Shown: positions 50,710 through 58,892 of the stretch, piece after piece
How the letters are laid out: each line of letters starts with the position of its first letter
Position numbering within the stretch: position 1 is the first letter of the stretch
Source: Candidatus Saccharimonadota bacterium
GTDB lineage: Bacteria > Patescibacteriota > Saccharimonadia > Saccharimonadales > Saccharimonadaceae
Assembly: GCA_009777315.1 (NCBI GenBank)
Contig: WRMD01000002.1
Span: 10,401 to 74,400 of the forward strand
DNA length: 64,000 nucleotides
Reading direction: 5' to 3'
Made by a program: the position numbers and the translations under genes
The notes under the pieces: generated by a model
What the model was told of the DNA's origin: nothing
The model's database searches: none
The model's input: the letters and a program-made list of their open reading frames with translations, nothing else

Positions 50710-50743
50710 AAAATAATACTCCTTAATACTATATAATTATAGC

Positions 50744-52936
50744 ATGACGGAGGTGGAGGTGAGAAGATGGTTTGCCGAGAGTGTACGGGAGGACGGCGAG
50801 GCGTTTTTGTTGGATGCGGAGCAGGCGCGGGCGGTGGCGAACGGAAATAAAAATCTGCTGGTGATGGCGCGGGCGGGAGCGGGGAAGACAAGGACGCTGG
50901 TGGCGAAAATGGTGTACTTAATCGCGCAGTGCGAGGTGCCGGCGGATGAGATTGTGGCGTTTGTGTTTAACAGCGACGCGAGGGATGAGATAAATCGACG
51001 GATGCGGCGGATGACAGTGGACGGGCGGAAGTTGGCGGGCGCGACGAGGGCGACTACGTTTCACGCGTACGCGAATAACTTGGTGCAGACGAGGGCGGGG
51101 GAGAATCGGGGGGAGATTTTGGCGGATAGCAAGGCGCGGGGCGGGCCGATGCGGATGCAGTTTATCCAGGAGATTGTGAATGGGTTGGATCAGCGGAAGA
51201 TTTATCGGCATTTTCGGGATGAGTCGTGGCGGGTGAATCGGGGGAGGTATTTTAGTGAGGCGGATTATTATGAGGCGCTTAGGAGTACGTCGTATGAGAC
51301 GCTGGACGGGAAAATGATGAAGAGTAATGACGAAAAAGTGATCGCGGATTTTTTGTTTGAGCATGACGTGAAGTATGTGTATGAAAAAACGTTTTATACG
51401 AAAGTGCGGGGGCGAGACGTGGTAAGGCCGGATTTTTATTTGCCGGATTATGGAATTGTTTGGGAGCATTGGGCGGTGACAGGGCGAGAAAGCCCAGGTG
51501 AAGTTGAGAAAATAAACGCAAGTGGAGTGGTGGGGAAATATCGGGAGTATTGCGAGAATAAAGCGTGGAAGCGGGGGTGGTATGGAAGCGCGGCGGCGAA
51601 AGAAATGGGGTGCCGGGAGGTGATCGAAACAGTGGCGGGGTGGGCGGCGCGGGAGGAGATGGAGGAGCGGCTGAGGCGAGTGCTTTTGGAACGTGGGGTG
51701 CGAGTGGAGAAGCTGCCGGAAGAGGAGAGGCTGAGGCGAGCGCGGGAACGGCAGGTGAAGAAGTTTACGAAAATGATTACGCAGTTTATCGACCGGGCGG
51801 AGCAGGAATACTTGGGGGATGAGGCGGGGCTAAAGAGTCGGGTGGCGGGAGTGGCGGAGACGCGGGTGAAGGCGTTTTTGGAGATTGGTTACGCGGCGTT
51901 TAGTGAATATGTGAAGCGGCTGGAAGGGGACGCGCGGTGGGGGATGGACTTCGCGATGCTAATGAAACGGGCAGCGGAAGTACTGGACGAAGAGAAGGTG
52001 GAATGCGAGAAAACGCGGTGGATTTTGATTGATGAGTACCAGGATTTTTCGCCGCTGATGATGGGGTTAGTGAACGCGATGCGAGCAAAGAATCCGGAAT
52101 GTAACGTGATGGCGGTGGGGGATGATTGGCAGGCGGTGAATCGGTTTGCGGGGGCGGATGGGAGGTATTATCGGAACTTTGAGGAGTATTTTAGCGAGGA
52201 TGCGGAGCGGCTGGAGGTGACGACGAATTATCGGTGCGCGAAAGATATCGTGGCGAACGCGAAGAGGTTTGTGACGAAATCGATGGGGGAGAGCGGGCGG
52301 ATAAAGTCGGGAATGGAGGCCGATGGGGAGTTGTTTTTGTGTGACTGCGCGGGGGTGTTTTTGGAAAATCGAGCAGGTGAGGACCGGGCGGCGGAACGGG
52401 CTCGGGATGACATATATGCTAAGGCGATGAAGGTGAGCAACGAAAGAAGCCCGGACAGGCGGGCGGTGCAGATGCTGAAAATGGTGGCGGGAATTGTAGC
52501 AGAGAATCGAGGAAAGCAAGTGCTTCTGCTACATAGAAATAACGAGACATCGTTTTGGTTTGTGAGTTTGCGCGAGTTTGAGCGGCGACTTAGAGAGGTG
52601 TTGGTGAGGCAGGGCGTGATGAGTGCGCCGGAGTTTAAAGAAACAGTGAGAACGATGACGATGCATCGAGCCAAAGGGCTAGAGGCGGAGGTGGTGATAC
52701 TGCTAGAAGTAGACGCGGGGGTGATACCGATGTATCATCCGGATGTCGCGCTAATGGGAATCTTCGGCGAAAGTGAGGCGACAGCGCTGGAAGATCAGCA
52801 AAAGCTATACTACGTGGCGCTAACGAGAGCGCGTGAAAAGCTGTACGTGTGCTATCGGAAACCGAGAACAGGAGATAGCCTCGCCGTGTCTAGCTTCATA
52901 GAAAACATGGCAGGTTATTTGATGGCAAAAAGATAG
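50744..52936 (+). CDS. UvrD/Rep/PcrA-type SF1 helicase with an internal nuclease-like insert
   Basis: Walker A ARAGAGKTRT, DEYQDFSP, TMHRAKGLEAEVV and YVALTRAREKLY. The insert around VRPDFYLPDYGIVWEHW looks like a Vsr/PD-(D/E)xK module. Confidence 0.8.
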   Translation: MTEVEVRRWFAESVREDGEAFLLDAEQARAVANGNKNLLVMARAGAGKTRTLVAKMVYLIAQCEVPADEIVAFVFNSDARDEINRRMRRMTVDGRKLAGATRATTFHAYANNLVQTRAGENRGEILADSKARGGPMRMQFIQEIVNGLDQRKIYRHFRDESWRVNRGRYFSEADYYEALRSTSYETLDGKMMKSNDEKVIADFLFEHDVKYVYEKTFYTKVRGRDVVRPDFYLPDYGIVWEHWAVTGRESPGEVEKINASGVVGKYREYCENKAWKRGWYGSAAAKEMGCREVIETVAGWAAREEMEERLRRVLLERGVRVEKLPEEERLRRARERQVKKFTKMITQFIDRAEQEYLGDEAGLKSRVAGVAETRVKAFLEIGYAAFSEYVKRLEGDARWGMDFAMLMKRAAEVLDEEKVECEKTRWILIDEYQDFSPLMMGLVNAMRAKNPECNVMAVGDDWQAVNRFAGADGRYYRNFEEYFSEDAERLEVTTNYRCAKDIVANAKRFVTKSMGESGRIKSGMEADGELFLCDCAGVFLENRAGEDRAAERARDDIYAKAMKVSNERSPDRRAVQMLKMVAGIVAENRGKQVLLLHRNNETSFWFVSLREFERRLREVLVRQGVMSAPEFKETVRTMTMHRAKGLEAEVVILLEVDAGVIPMYHPDVALMGIFGESEATALEDQQKLYYVALTRAREKLYVCYRKPRTGDSLAVSSFIENMAGYLMAKR

Positions 52937-53062
52937 CTAGAGACCGAGGATACGGGCTTCGAGCAACTTGATGCGTTCGTGCAATAACTCAATGTGGTCC
53001 TTTAGCATGTCGATATCGCCCATAACCTCGACAACCTTATCGGCCAAATCTTTGTTGGTCAT
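52937..53062 (-). CDS. hypothetical 41-aa coiled-coil peptide
   Basis: MTNKDLADKVVEVMGDIDMLKDHIELLHERIKLLEARILGL*. AAGGA lies 7 nt upstream. It is below the track size cutoff and was found by hand. Confidence 0.3.
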   Translation of the reverse strand: MTNKDLADKVVEVMGDIDMLKDHIELLHERIKLLEARILGL

Positions 53063-53247
53063 ACGTCGTCCTTAATGTGCCTTATATTTATATTGCGGTG
53101 TTGCCGGCAACAAAAAACGACACCGCAAGGTGTTCTAACCCTATTGCAAACCAACTTTCGCCAAATTTGCTTATGCGGTGTCGTTTTAGATGGCGAGTCG
53201 CGGCTCTATTTCTTGAGTGCAGTTTAGTTTGACCGTAGTGTTAGAAC
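53063..53247 (-). ncRNA. candidate structured leader / attenuator RNA upstream of the 41-aa ORF
   Basis: On the minus strand a 14-bp stem AAAACGACACCGCA/UGCGGUGUCGUUUU is followed by UUGUUG. A competing ACACCGCAA copy lies downstream. There is a 10-bp long-range helix GUGUUCUAAC/GUUAGAACAC, and an inner hairpin with G-U pairs that work only on this strand. Confidence 0.3.
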
Positions 53248-53253
53248 ACTTTC

Positions 53254-53282
53254 ATTCTATCAGTATTAGAAAAGGTAGTCAA
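53254..53282 (-). promoter_or_regulatory. sigma-70 type promoter TTGACT-N17-TAGAAT (minus strand)
   Basis: The reverse complement of 53254-53282 reads ttgact accttttctaatactga tagaat. Confidence 0.5.
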
Positions 53283-53330
53283 TAGTTATACCATAATTAA
53301 GCATAAGCGTTTGGCAGACCTCGAGCGAGA

Positions 53331-53339
53331 TGATATAAT
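53331..53339 (+). promoter_or_regulatory. extended -10 promoter (TGaTATAAT), leaderless obg
   Basis: The -10 element ends 6 nt before the ATG at 53346. Confidence 0.5.
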
Positions 53340-53345
53340 TTATAT

Positions 53346-54644
53346 ATGTTTATAGATACAGCGACGGTTATGGCTCAGGCAGGTAAGGGTGGGGACGGAG
53401 CGGTAAGTTTCCGCAAGGAAATCTATGTAGATAAGGGGGGGCCGGACGGTGGTAATGGGGGACGAGGCGGAGATGTGGTGTTTGAGGCGAGCAAAGATGA
53501 GAATACTTTGCTGGATTTTCGGTATCAGCCGGAGCTAAAAGCGAAGGATGGGGCTCGGGGAGCGAAACGACAGGCGGCTGGGAGGAGCGGGGAAGATTTG
53601 GTGGTTAAGGTTCCAGTGGGGACGATGGTGCGAGATGGCGAAGAGGTGATTGCGGATTTGGTGGAGGACGGGCAGAGGGCAGTGGTGGCAAAAGGCGGGG
53701 CGGGGGGATTTGGCAACGCGCATTTTAAGAGTTCGGTGCGGCAGGCACCGCGGACGGCAGAGCTGGGTGAACCGGGGGAAGATCGGACTTTGCAGTTGGA
53801 ACTGAAGTTGCTCGCGGATGTGGGGATCGTTGGGTTTCCGAACGCGGGGAAGTCGACATTTCTTAGTGTAGTGTCGAATGCGAAGCCGGAAATCGCGGAC
53901 TACGCGTTTACGACATTGGTGCCGAACTTGGGGGTGGCGACGATAGATAATTATGATATTTTGTTCGCGGATATCCCGGGGTTGATTGAGGGAGCGAGTG
54001 AGGGTAAGGGCTTAGGCGACGCGTTTCTCCGGCATGTAGAAAGGACGCGAGTGCTGCTGCATTTGGTCGACGTGTATAGTGAGGATGTCGGGGCGAGTTA
54101 TAAGACGATTCGGGAGGAACTAGCGAAGTATAGCGTGGAGCTAACTGACGTGCCGGAGGTAGTGGCGCTGACGAAATGCGAGGGGATGGATGAGGAGATT
54201 TTGGAAGCGCAGAAGGCGGCTTTGCGTGAAGTGACGGCGGCGCCGGTTATGGCGATTTCGGCGCAGGCGCATCAGGGGTTGAAAGAACTGCTGCGTGAAG
54301 TGCGGAAATTGCTGGAGAAGTCGCTAGCCGAGAAGCCGGTGGTGAAAAAAGAAGAGCCGGATGTAGAGATGATTACTTTGCCGGAGGAGAAAAAAGACGA
54401 CGCGTGGCAAGTGCGGCGGGAGGGTGAAGGAGAGAGCGCGGTGTTTGTGGTGACAGGGAAGCGGGTCGAGAAGTTTGCAGTGATGGCGGATCCGGATAAT
54501 TATGACTCGATGAATCGGTTGAGGGATATTTTGAAGAAATGGGGGATACGGGCAGAGCTCGGGCGACTGGGAGCGACGGGAGAGTCGATAGTGAGGATTG
54601 GCGTGCGGGAGTTGCCACTGGTGGAGCCGGAACGTGAATACTAA
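53346..54644 (+). CDS. obg: GTPase Obg/CgtA
   Basis: N-terminal Gly-rich Obg fold (GKGGDGAVSFRKE, GGNGGRGGDV), G1 motif GFPNAGKST and DIPGLIEGA. Confidence 0.9.
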   Translation: MFIDTATVMAQAGKGGDGAVSFRKEIYVDKGGPDGGNGGRGGDVVFEASKDENTLLDFRYQPELKAKDGARGAKRQAAGRSGEDLVVKVPVGTMVRDGEEVIADLVEDGQRAVVAKGGAGGFGNAHFKSSVRQAPRTAELGEPGEDRTLQLELKLLADVGIVGFPNAGKSTFLSVVSNAKPEIADYAFTTLVPNLGVATIDNYDILFADIPGLIEGASEGKGLGDAFLRHVERTRVLLHLVDVYSEDVGASYKTIREELAKYSVELTDVPEVVALTKCEGMDEEILEAQKAALREVTAAPVMAISAQAHQGLKELLREVRKLLEKSLAEKPVVKKEEPDVEMITLPEEKKDDAWQVRREGEGESAVFVVTGKRVEKFAVMADPDNYDSMNRLRDILKKWGIRAELGRLGATGESIVRIGVRELPLVEPEREY

Positions 54645-56613
54645 TGAGGGGGAGAAGGTGGGCATAGAGGTAGAAGTGCGGCCTGTGGAGGTGCAGCAGC
54701 CGCGAAAAAATAAAATACGGGCGTTAATGATAGGGCTGTGGGTGGCGGTGGGCGTGATGGTGCTACTCATCGCGGGGATAGCTGGCATGATGTGGGCGCA
54801 GAGACAGCGGGCTGAGCAGGCCGGCGTGATGGTTGATGAGGAAGAGGAGCCGGTGGAGACGGTTTGGGATAAGCTAGTGCCGGTGGTAGGATGGGATGAT
54901 GCGAGGGTTGGGTTGACCGGCGCGGAGGTGGCGGAGTTCAGGGCGGGGGAGTCAGATTTTGAGATGGTACCGCTACGGGAAGTAGACCGGACGCGGAGAT
55001 TATTGATGGTGGATGGGGTGTTTGCGCTGGATGAGGTGCCACAAGAGGAGGTGCTGACGATAAATCAAACGGGGACGACGGCGCTAGCGCGGGGGATGCA
55101 ACGAGTGCTGGAACAGGTGGGCGATCCGCTACATTTTACACAGCATATTGGGGAGTTTTTGGCGCGGGCGGACTATACGCATACGAGTAACGAAGTGAGT
55201 TTTTTGGCGGGGTGCCAGCCGTCTGGGATGTCGTTTTGTGCGCCGATGGCGATGCTGGAAGTATTAAAGGATAGCGGGATGAATATAATATCGCTGACGG
55301 GAAATCATGGCGTGGATCGGGGGGCGGCGGCGATGATAAATACACTGGATATTTATGAAGAGTTGGGTTGGCATATTGTGGGAGGCGGGAGGAACTTGGA
55401 GGAGGCAAGGCAGCCGCTGATAATTGATGCTAAGGGCGTGGATATTGCATGGTTGGGGTATAACAATGTGAACTTAGCGGGCGACGTGCAAGCGGCGGCG
55501 GCGAATCGGCCGGGGGCGAATCCGTTTTCTTGGGCACAGGCAGAGGCAGATATAGCGGCGGCGAAGGAGGCGGGGAAATTTGTGATTGTGGACATACAGT
55601 ATTTGGAGTGTTGGTCGTACCCGCAGGGGTACGTGGAGTATACGCAGTGCGACCCGCCGATGCCGGGGCAGACGACGATGTTTAGGCGGCTGGCGGATTT
55701 GGGGGCGGATTTGGTGGTGGGGGTGAGCGCACATCAGCCGCAGACTTTTGAGTTGTATGATGGGAGGTTGCTGTTTTATGGGCTGGGGAATCTGTTTTTT
55801 GACCAGCATAACTGGCCGGGGACGGAACGAGGTTTGATATTGACGCATTATTTCGTGGAGGGGCGACATGTGCAGACGCGGGTGACGCCAACGCGGTTTG
55901 ATAGGATGATGGCGCCATGGAAGCTAGACCAGGAGACGGCTGAGTGGTTCTTGGCGAGGTTGATACGGGCGAGACCGACGCCGGCGGTGGCGGCCGGAAC
56001 ACCGATAGAGCGAGCAGTGAGCTCTTGGGCGGGGACGCAAGACGTGAGTGTGGCGATCTATGATTTGGTGGAGGGGAAGTGGCTGGTACGGCATCGGAGT
56101 GATGTATCACGGGATGGGGCGAGCTTGTATAAGCTTGGGGTGGCTATACGTGGGTATCAAGCGGTGGATCAGGGAGAGCGACGGCTGGCTGATAACCTGA
56201 TGCCGGGACGGACGTGGGGGGATTGTTTGGTGGCGGCAGTGGCGACGAGTAATAGCCCGTGTGCGGAGGCTTTGCATGCGCGGCTAATTGGCGGGGCGGT
56301 GCAATTAGCGACGACGGCTGAGCAGACGACTGAGGTGCTGAGGCAGATATGGCGAGGGGAGGATTTGTCGACGGAAAGTAGGAAGATGTTGATGGATTCG
56401 ATGCGGGGGAGGCCGGAGCTATATGAGCGGGGCTTGCCGAGTAGCCTTCAGGGGACGGTGTATGGTGCGGTGGGGTGGAGTCCGACGGCTTGGAATGACG
56501 CGGTAATTGTGACGGATGGTGATAAGGCGTATGCGATTACGGTCCTTTCCGCGGGAATGGGCTTCTCGAACGTGCGGACACTAGGGCAACAGTTGAACGG
56601 ATTGCTGTTTTAG
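54598..56613 (+). CDS. CapA-like metallophosphatase domain fused to a serine beta-lactamase/transpeptidase-like domain, N-terminal anchor
   Basis: The PGA_cap-like part is SLTGNHGVDRG...VGVSAHQPQ. The C-terminal part has SLYK (SxxK) and SNS motifs. The start is uncertain because the track ORF overlaps obg by 47 nt; GTG candidates are at about 54633 and 54657. Confidence 0.6.
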   Translation: MACGSCHWWSRNVNTNEGEKVGIEVEVRPVEVQQPRKNKIRALMIGLWVAVGVMVLLIAGIAGMMWAQRQRAEQAGVMVDEEEEPVETVWDKLVPVVGWDDARVGLTGAEVAEFRAGESDFEMVPLREVDRTRRLLMVDGVFALDEVPQEEVLTINQTGTTALARGMQRVLEQVGDPLHFTQHIGEFLARADYTHTSNEVSFLAGCQPSGMSFCAPMAMLEVLKDSGMNIISLTGNHGVDRGAAAMINTLDIYEELGWHIVGGGRNLEEARQPLIIDAKGVDIAWLGYNNVNLAGDVQAAAANRPGANPFSWAQAEADIAAAKEAGKFVIVDIQYLECWSYPQGYVEYTQCDPPMPGQTTMFRRLADLGADLVVGVSAHQPQTFELYDGRLLFYGLGNLFFDQHNWPGTERGLILTHYFVEGRHVQTRVTPTRFDRMMAPWKLDQETAEWFLARLIRARPTPAVAAGTPIERAVSSWAGTQDVSVAIYDLVEGKWLVRHRSDVSRDGASLYKLGVAIRGYQAVDQGERRLADNLMPGRTWGDCLVAAVATSNSPCAEALHARLIGGAVQLATTAEQTTEVLRQIWRGEDLSTESRKMLMDSMRGRPELYERGLPSSLQGTVYGAVGWSPTAWNDAVIVTDGDKAYAITVLSAGMGFSNVRTLGQQLNGLLF

Positions 56614-57360
56614 TTATTTTACTTTTTTGAGCTGGTAGTAGACGGAGGGGCCGAAGCGGAAGGGGGCGAGGGCGCGTTGGGAGAACTTCTCGATGCTCAT
56701 GAGGAATTTGGTGGAGAAAGTGCGTTTGAGGCGGTTACTACGAAGATTGCTGACGGAGAGGATTTTTTGGACCTTGAGACCGTGGGCGGCAAAGAGGGCT
56801 TCGGCGTATTTGGGGTGGTAGTTATAGAAGCCTTTGCCGGTGATGTCGATGGAGTCGTGGGAGAATGGGTTGACTTTGGAGCGGCCGAACCAGTAGCGGA
56901 AGACGCGAGGAAGAGTGCGTTTGTTGGCGAGCTCGATGACAGCGATGCCGCCGGGTTTAAGGATGCGGGAAATCTCGGAAACGACCTGGTCGAAGTCGCT
57001 GAAGTGGTGGGTGGCGCGGACCATCATGAGAGCGTCGCAGGAGGCGTCTTGGAAGGGCATTTGGTAGGCGTCGCCTTGCTGGGTGTGGAGCTTGGCGCCG
57101 TAGTGTTTCTTGGCTTGATTTAAGAGATCTTTAGAGTAGTCGAAAAGGGTGACTTTGCCGTAGCCGCGGTTTAGATACTCGTCAGCGAGACGACCATAAC
57201 CGCCGGCAACGTCGATGAAGTTGGCGGCCTTTTTAGGGAGGAGGCGCTGGATGGCGAGGCGGTCGGCTTGGTCTTCGTATTCGCGTTTGCCGTTGCCCCA
57301 GAAGTCGTCGGCATAGTCGTAACCGTCGTAATCGATAACTTTTGCTTTTGCTTTAGACAT
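56614..57360 (-). CDS. class I SAM-dependent methyltransferase
   Basis: Motif I is FIDVAGGYGRLADEY. Confidence 0.75.
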   Translation of the reverse strand: MSKAKAKVIDYDGYDYADDFWGNGKREYEDQADRLAIQRLLPKKAANFIDVAGGYGRLADEYLNRGYGKVTLFDYSKDLLNQAKKHYGAKLHTQQGDAYQMPFQDASCDALMMVRATHHFSDFDQVVSEISRILKPGGIAVIELANKRTLPRVFRYWFGRSKVNPFSHDSIDITGKGFYNYHPKYAEALFAAHGLKVQKILSVSNLRSNRLKRTFSTKFLMSIEKFSQRALAPFRFGPSVYYQLKKVK

Positions 57361-57395
57361 ATATGTTAGATTATACGCTATTTAGAGTCGGATGG

Positions 57396-58112
57396 CTAAT
57401 TTGAGAGGCTGCCGGGAGCGTTGAGGGCGGCGGTGACACGGATGGTACTGGTGTAAGTACCAACCGACGTCGCAGCGGTAGTGTGGACACCAAAGCGGAT
57501 AGGGGTGTTGCGCTGGACAGCGGTAGTGGGAATGGTGTTGACGTTTTTGATTTCGGTAGCAGTGAGCGGGATGGCGGCGTAAGTAAGAGAAGACCCGGAA
57601 CCCTCGCCGGAGCCACAGGCGGTGAAACCGTTAGCCACGCCTTGCATATATGTAGCGCCGGGGATACAGAAGCCCCAGGTGTCACCGGCCGGCATGCTAG
57701 GCGTCTGGATGGTGGCGGTTGTAGACGGGATAACATTAGCCGGAATAGTAGTGTGGATTAGATTGTTGGTGGCATTAGTGGTCTGCATGGTGAGGTTGTA
57801 GCCGGTGGGGTTGTCGGTATCGACGGTGGCGTTAATACAGGCATAGTAAAGCTGGTCGCCTGGCGTGGGGCTGATGGGGACGACGCCGCTAGCTTTGGCT
57901 GGGCAGTCGCTATAAGCGTCGCCTAGGGTGAGCGTGATACTATAATCGAGGACTACGCGCATGCCGACGGCACCCGAAACGGGAGCTGCATGAGAAGGCT
58001 GAAAATGTCCGATCAATGTGGCGGAAAGGGCAAGAAAAACGCCCAAACCTGCCATGCTAAATAATATAAAATCCCACGGACCCCGAAAGAATCCCTTATT
58101 AACCTCTATCAT
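57396..58112 (-). CDS. hypothetical secreted protein (beta-rich)
   Basis: Signal/anchor ILFSMAGLGVFLALSATLIG and a C-terminal VGTYTSTIRVTA-type strand motif. TGtTACAAT ends 8 nt before the ATG. Confidence 0.5.
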   Translation of the reverse strand: MIEVNKGFFRGPWDFILFSMAGLGVFLALSATLIGHFQPSHAAPVSGAVGMRVVLDYSITLTLGDAYSDCPAKASGVVPISPTPGDQLYYACINATVDTDNPTGYNLTMQTTNATNNLIHTTIPANVIPSTTATIQTPSMPAGDTWGFCIPGATYMQGVANGFTACGSGEGSGSSLTYAAIPLTATEIKNVNTIPTTAVQRNTPIRFGVHTTAATSVGTYTSTIRVTAALNAPGSLSN

Positions 58113-58201
58113 TGTCTACTATTGTAACATTAACCATTAGCTGAATACAAGGCCTTACGCCAATGAATGTCGTAGAGTTGTCCACACCTTGAAAATAATT
58201 C

Positions 58202-58277
58202 TGGTGCCCAGGGAGCGAGTCGAACGCACAACCTTCTCCTTAGGACGGAGCTGCTCTATCCATTGAGCTACCCGGGC
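58202..58277 (-). tRNA. tRNA-Arg (anticodon CCU)
   Basis: The reverse complement is GCCCGGGTAGCTCAATGGATAGAGCAGCTCCGTCCTAAGGAGAAGGTTGTGCGTTCGACTCGCTCCCTGGGCACCA. Confidence 0.85.
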
Positions 58278-58294
58278 GTGTATATACTATAGCA

Positions 58295-58843
58295 TCATCG
58301 AGTGAACTTGTCGAGGGGCATTTGGTAGTCCATGAGCTCGTGAGCGCCGAACCAGTGGTCGATTTCTTTTTCGGCTTCTTCGACTGAGCCGGAGGCGTGG
58401 ATGAGGTTGGGGATGCCTTTTTGTTTTTTGTCGGCGTAGCCGAAAGAAATGTGGGAATAGTCGCCGCGGATGGTACCCATGTCGGCGGCTTTAGGCTCGG
58501 TGGTGCCGACGATTTTGCGGATGATGGCGACGGCTTCGACGCCCTCAAAAACGAAGGCGATGACGGGGCCGGAGACCATGTACTGAAGGGTGACGTCGAA
58601 TTTGTCTTGGCCGCGGCGGGTGATCATTTGGCCGATGTCTTCGTAGTGCTTGTAGTAATGGTCGCGGTCGGGGTTGACCATCTTGGTGGCGATGATTTTG
58701 AGGCCGACACGCTCGAAGCGCGAGAGGATCTCGCCGACGATGCCGCGCTGAACGGCGTCTGGCTTGAACACTACCAGGCTCTGCTCCACCAACTCGTCGC
58801 GGGTTGGTTTGACTGCTGTTTTGGCGCTATCTTTGTCGCTCAT
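58295..58843 (-). CDS. ndk: nucleoside diphosphate kinase
   Basis: Motifs LVVFKPDAVQRGIVGEILSRFE and NLIHASGS. The second ATG is preferred because of the AGGAGAG RBS. The track start is 58849. Confidence 0.85.
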   Translation of the reverse strand: MSDKDSAKTAVKPTRDELVEQSLVVFKPDAVQRGIVGEILSRFERVGLKIIATKMVNPDRDHYYKHYEDIGQMITRRGQDKFDVTLQYMVSGPVIAFVFEGVEAVAIIRKIVGTTEPKAADMGTIRGDYSHISFGYADKKQKGIPNLIHASGSVEEAEKEIDHWFGAHELMDYQMPLDKFTR

Positions 58844-58892
58844 AATCATCTCTCCTTTTACTAAAGAGATTATAGCACAACAGGGGAGGGGA

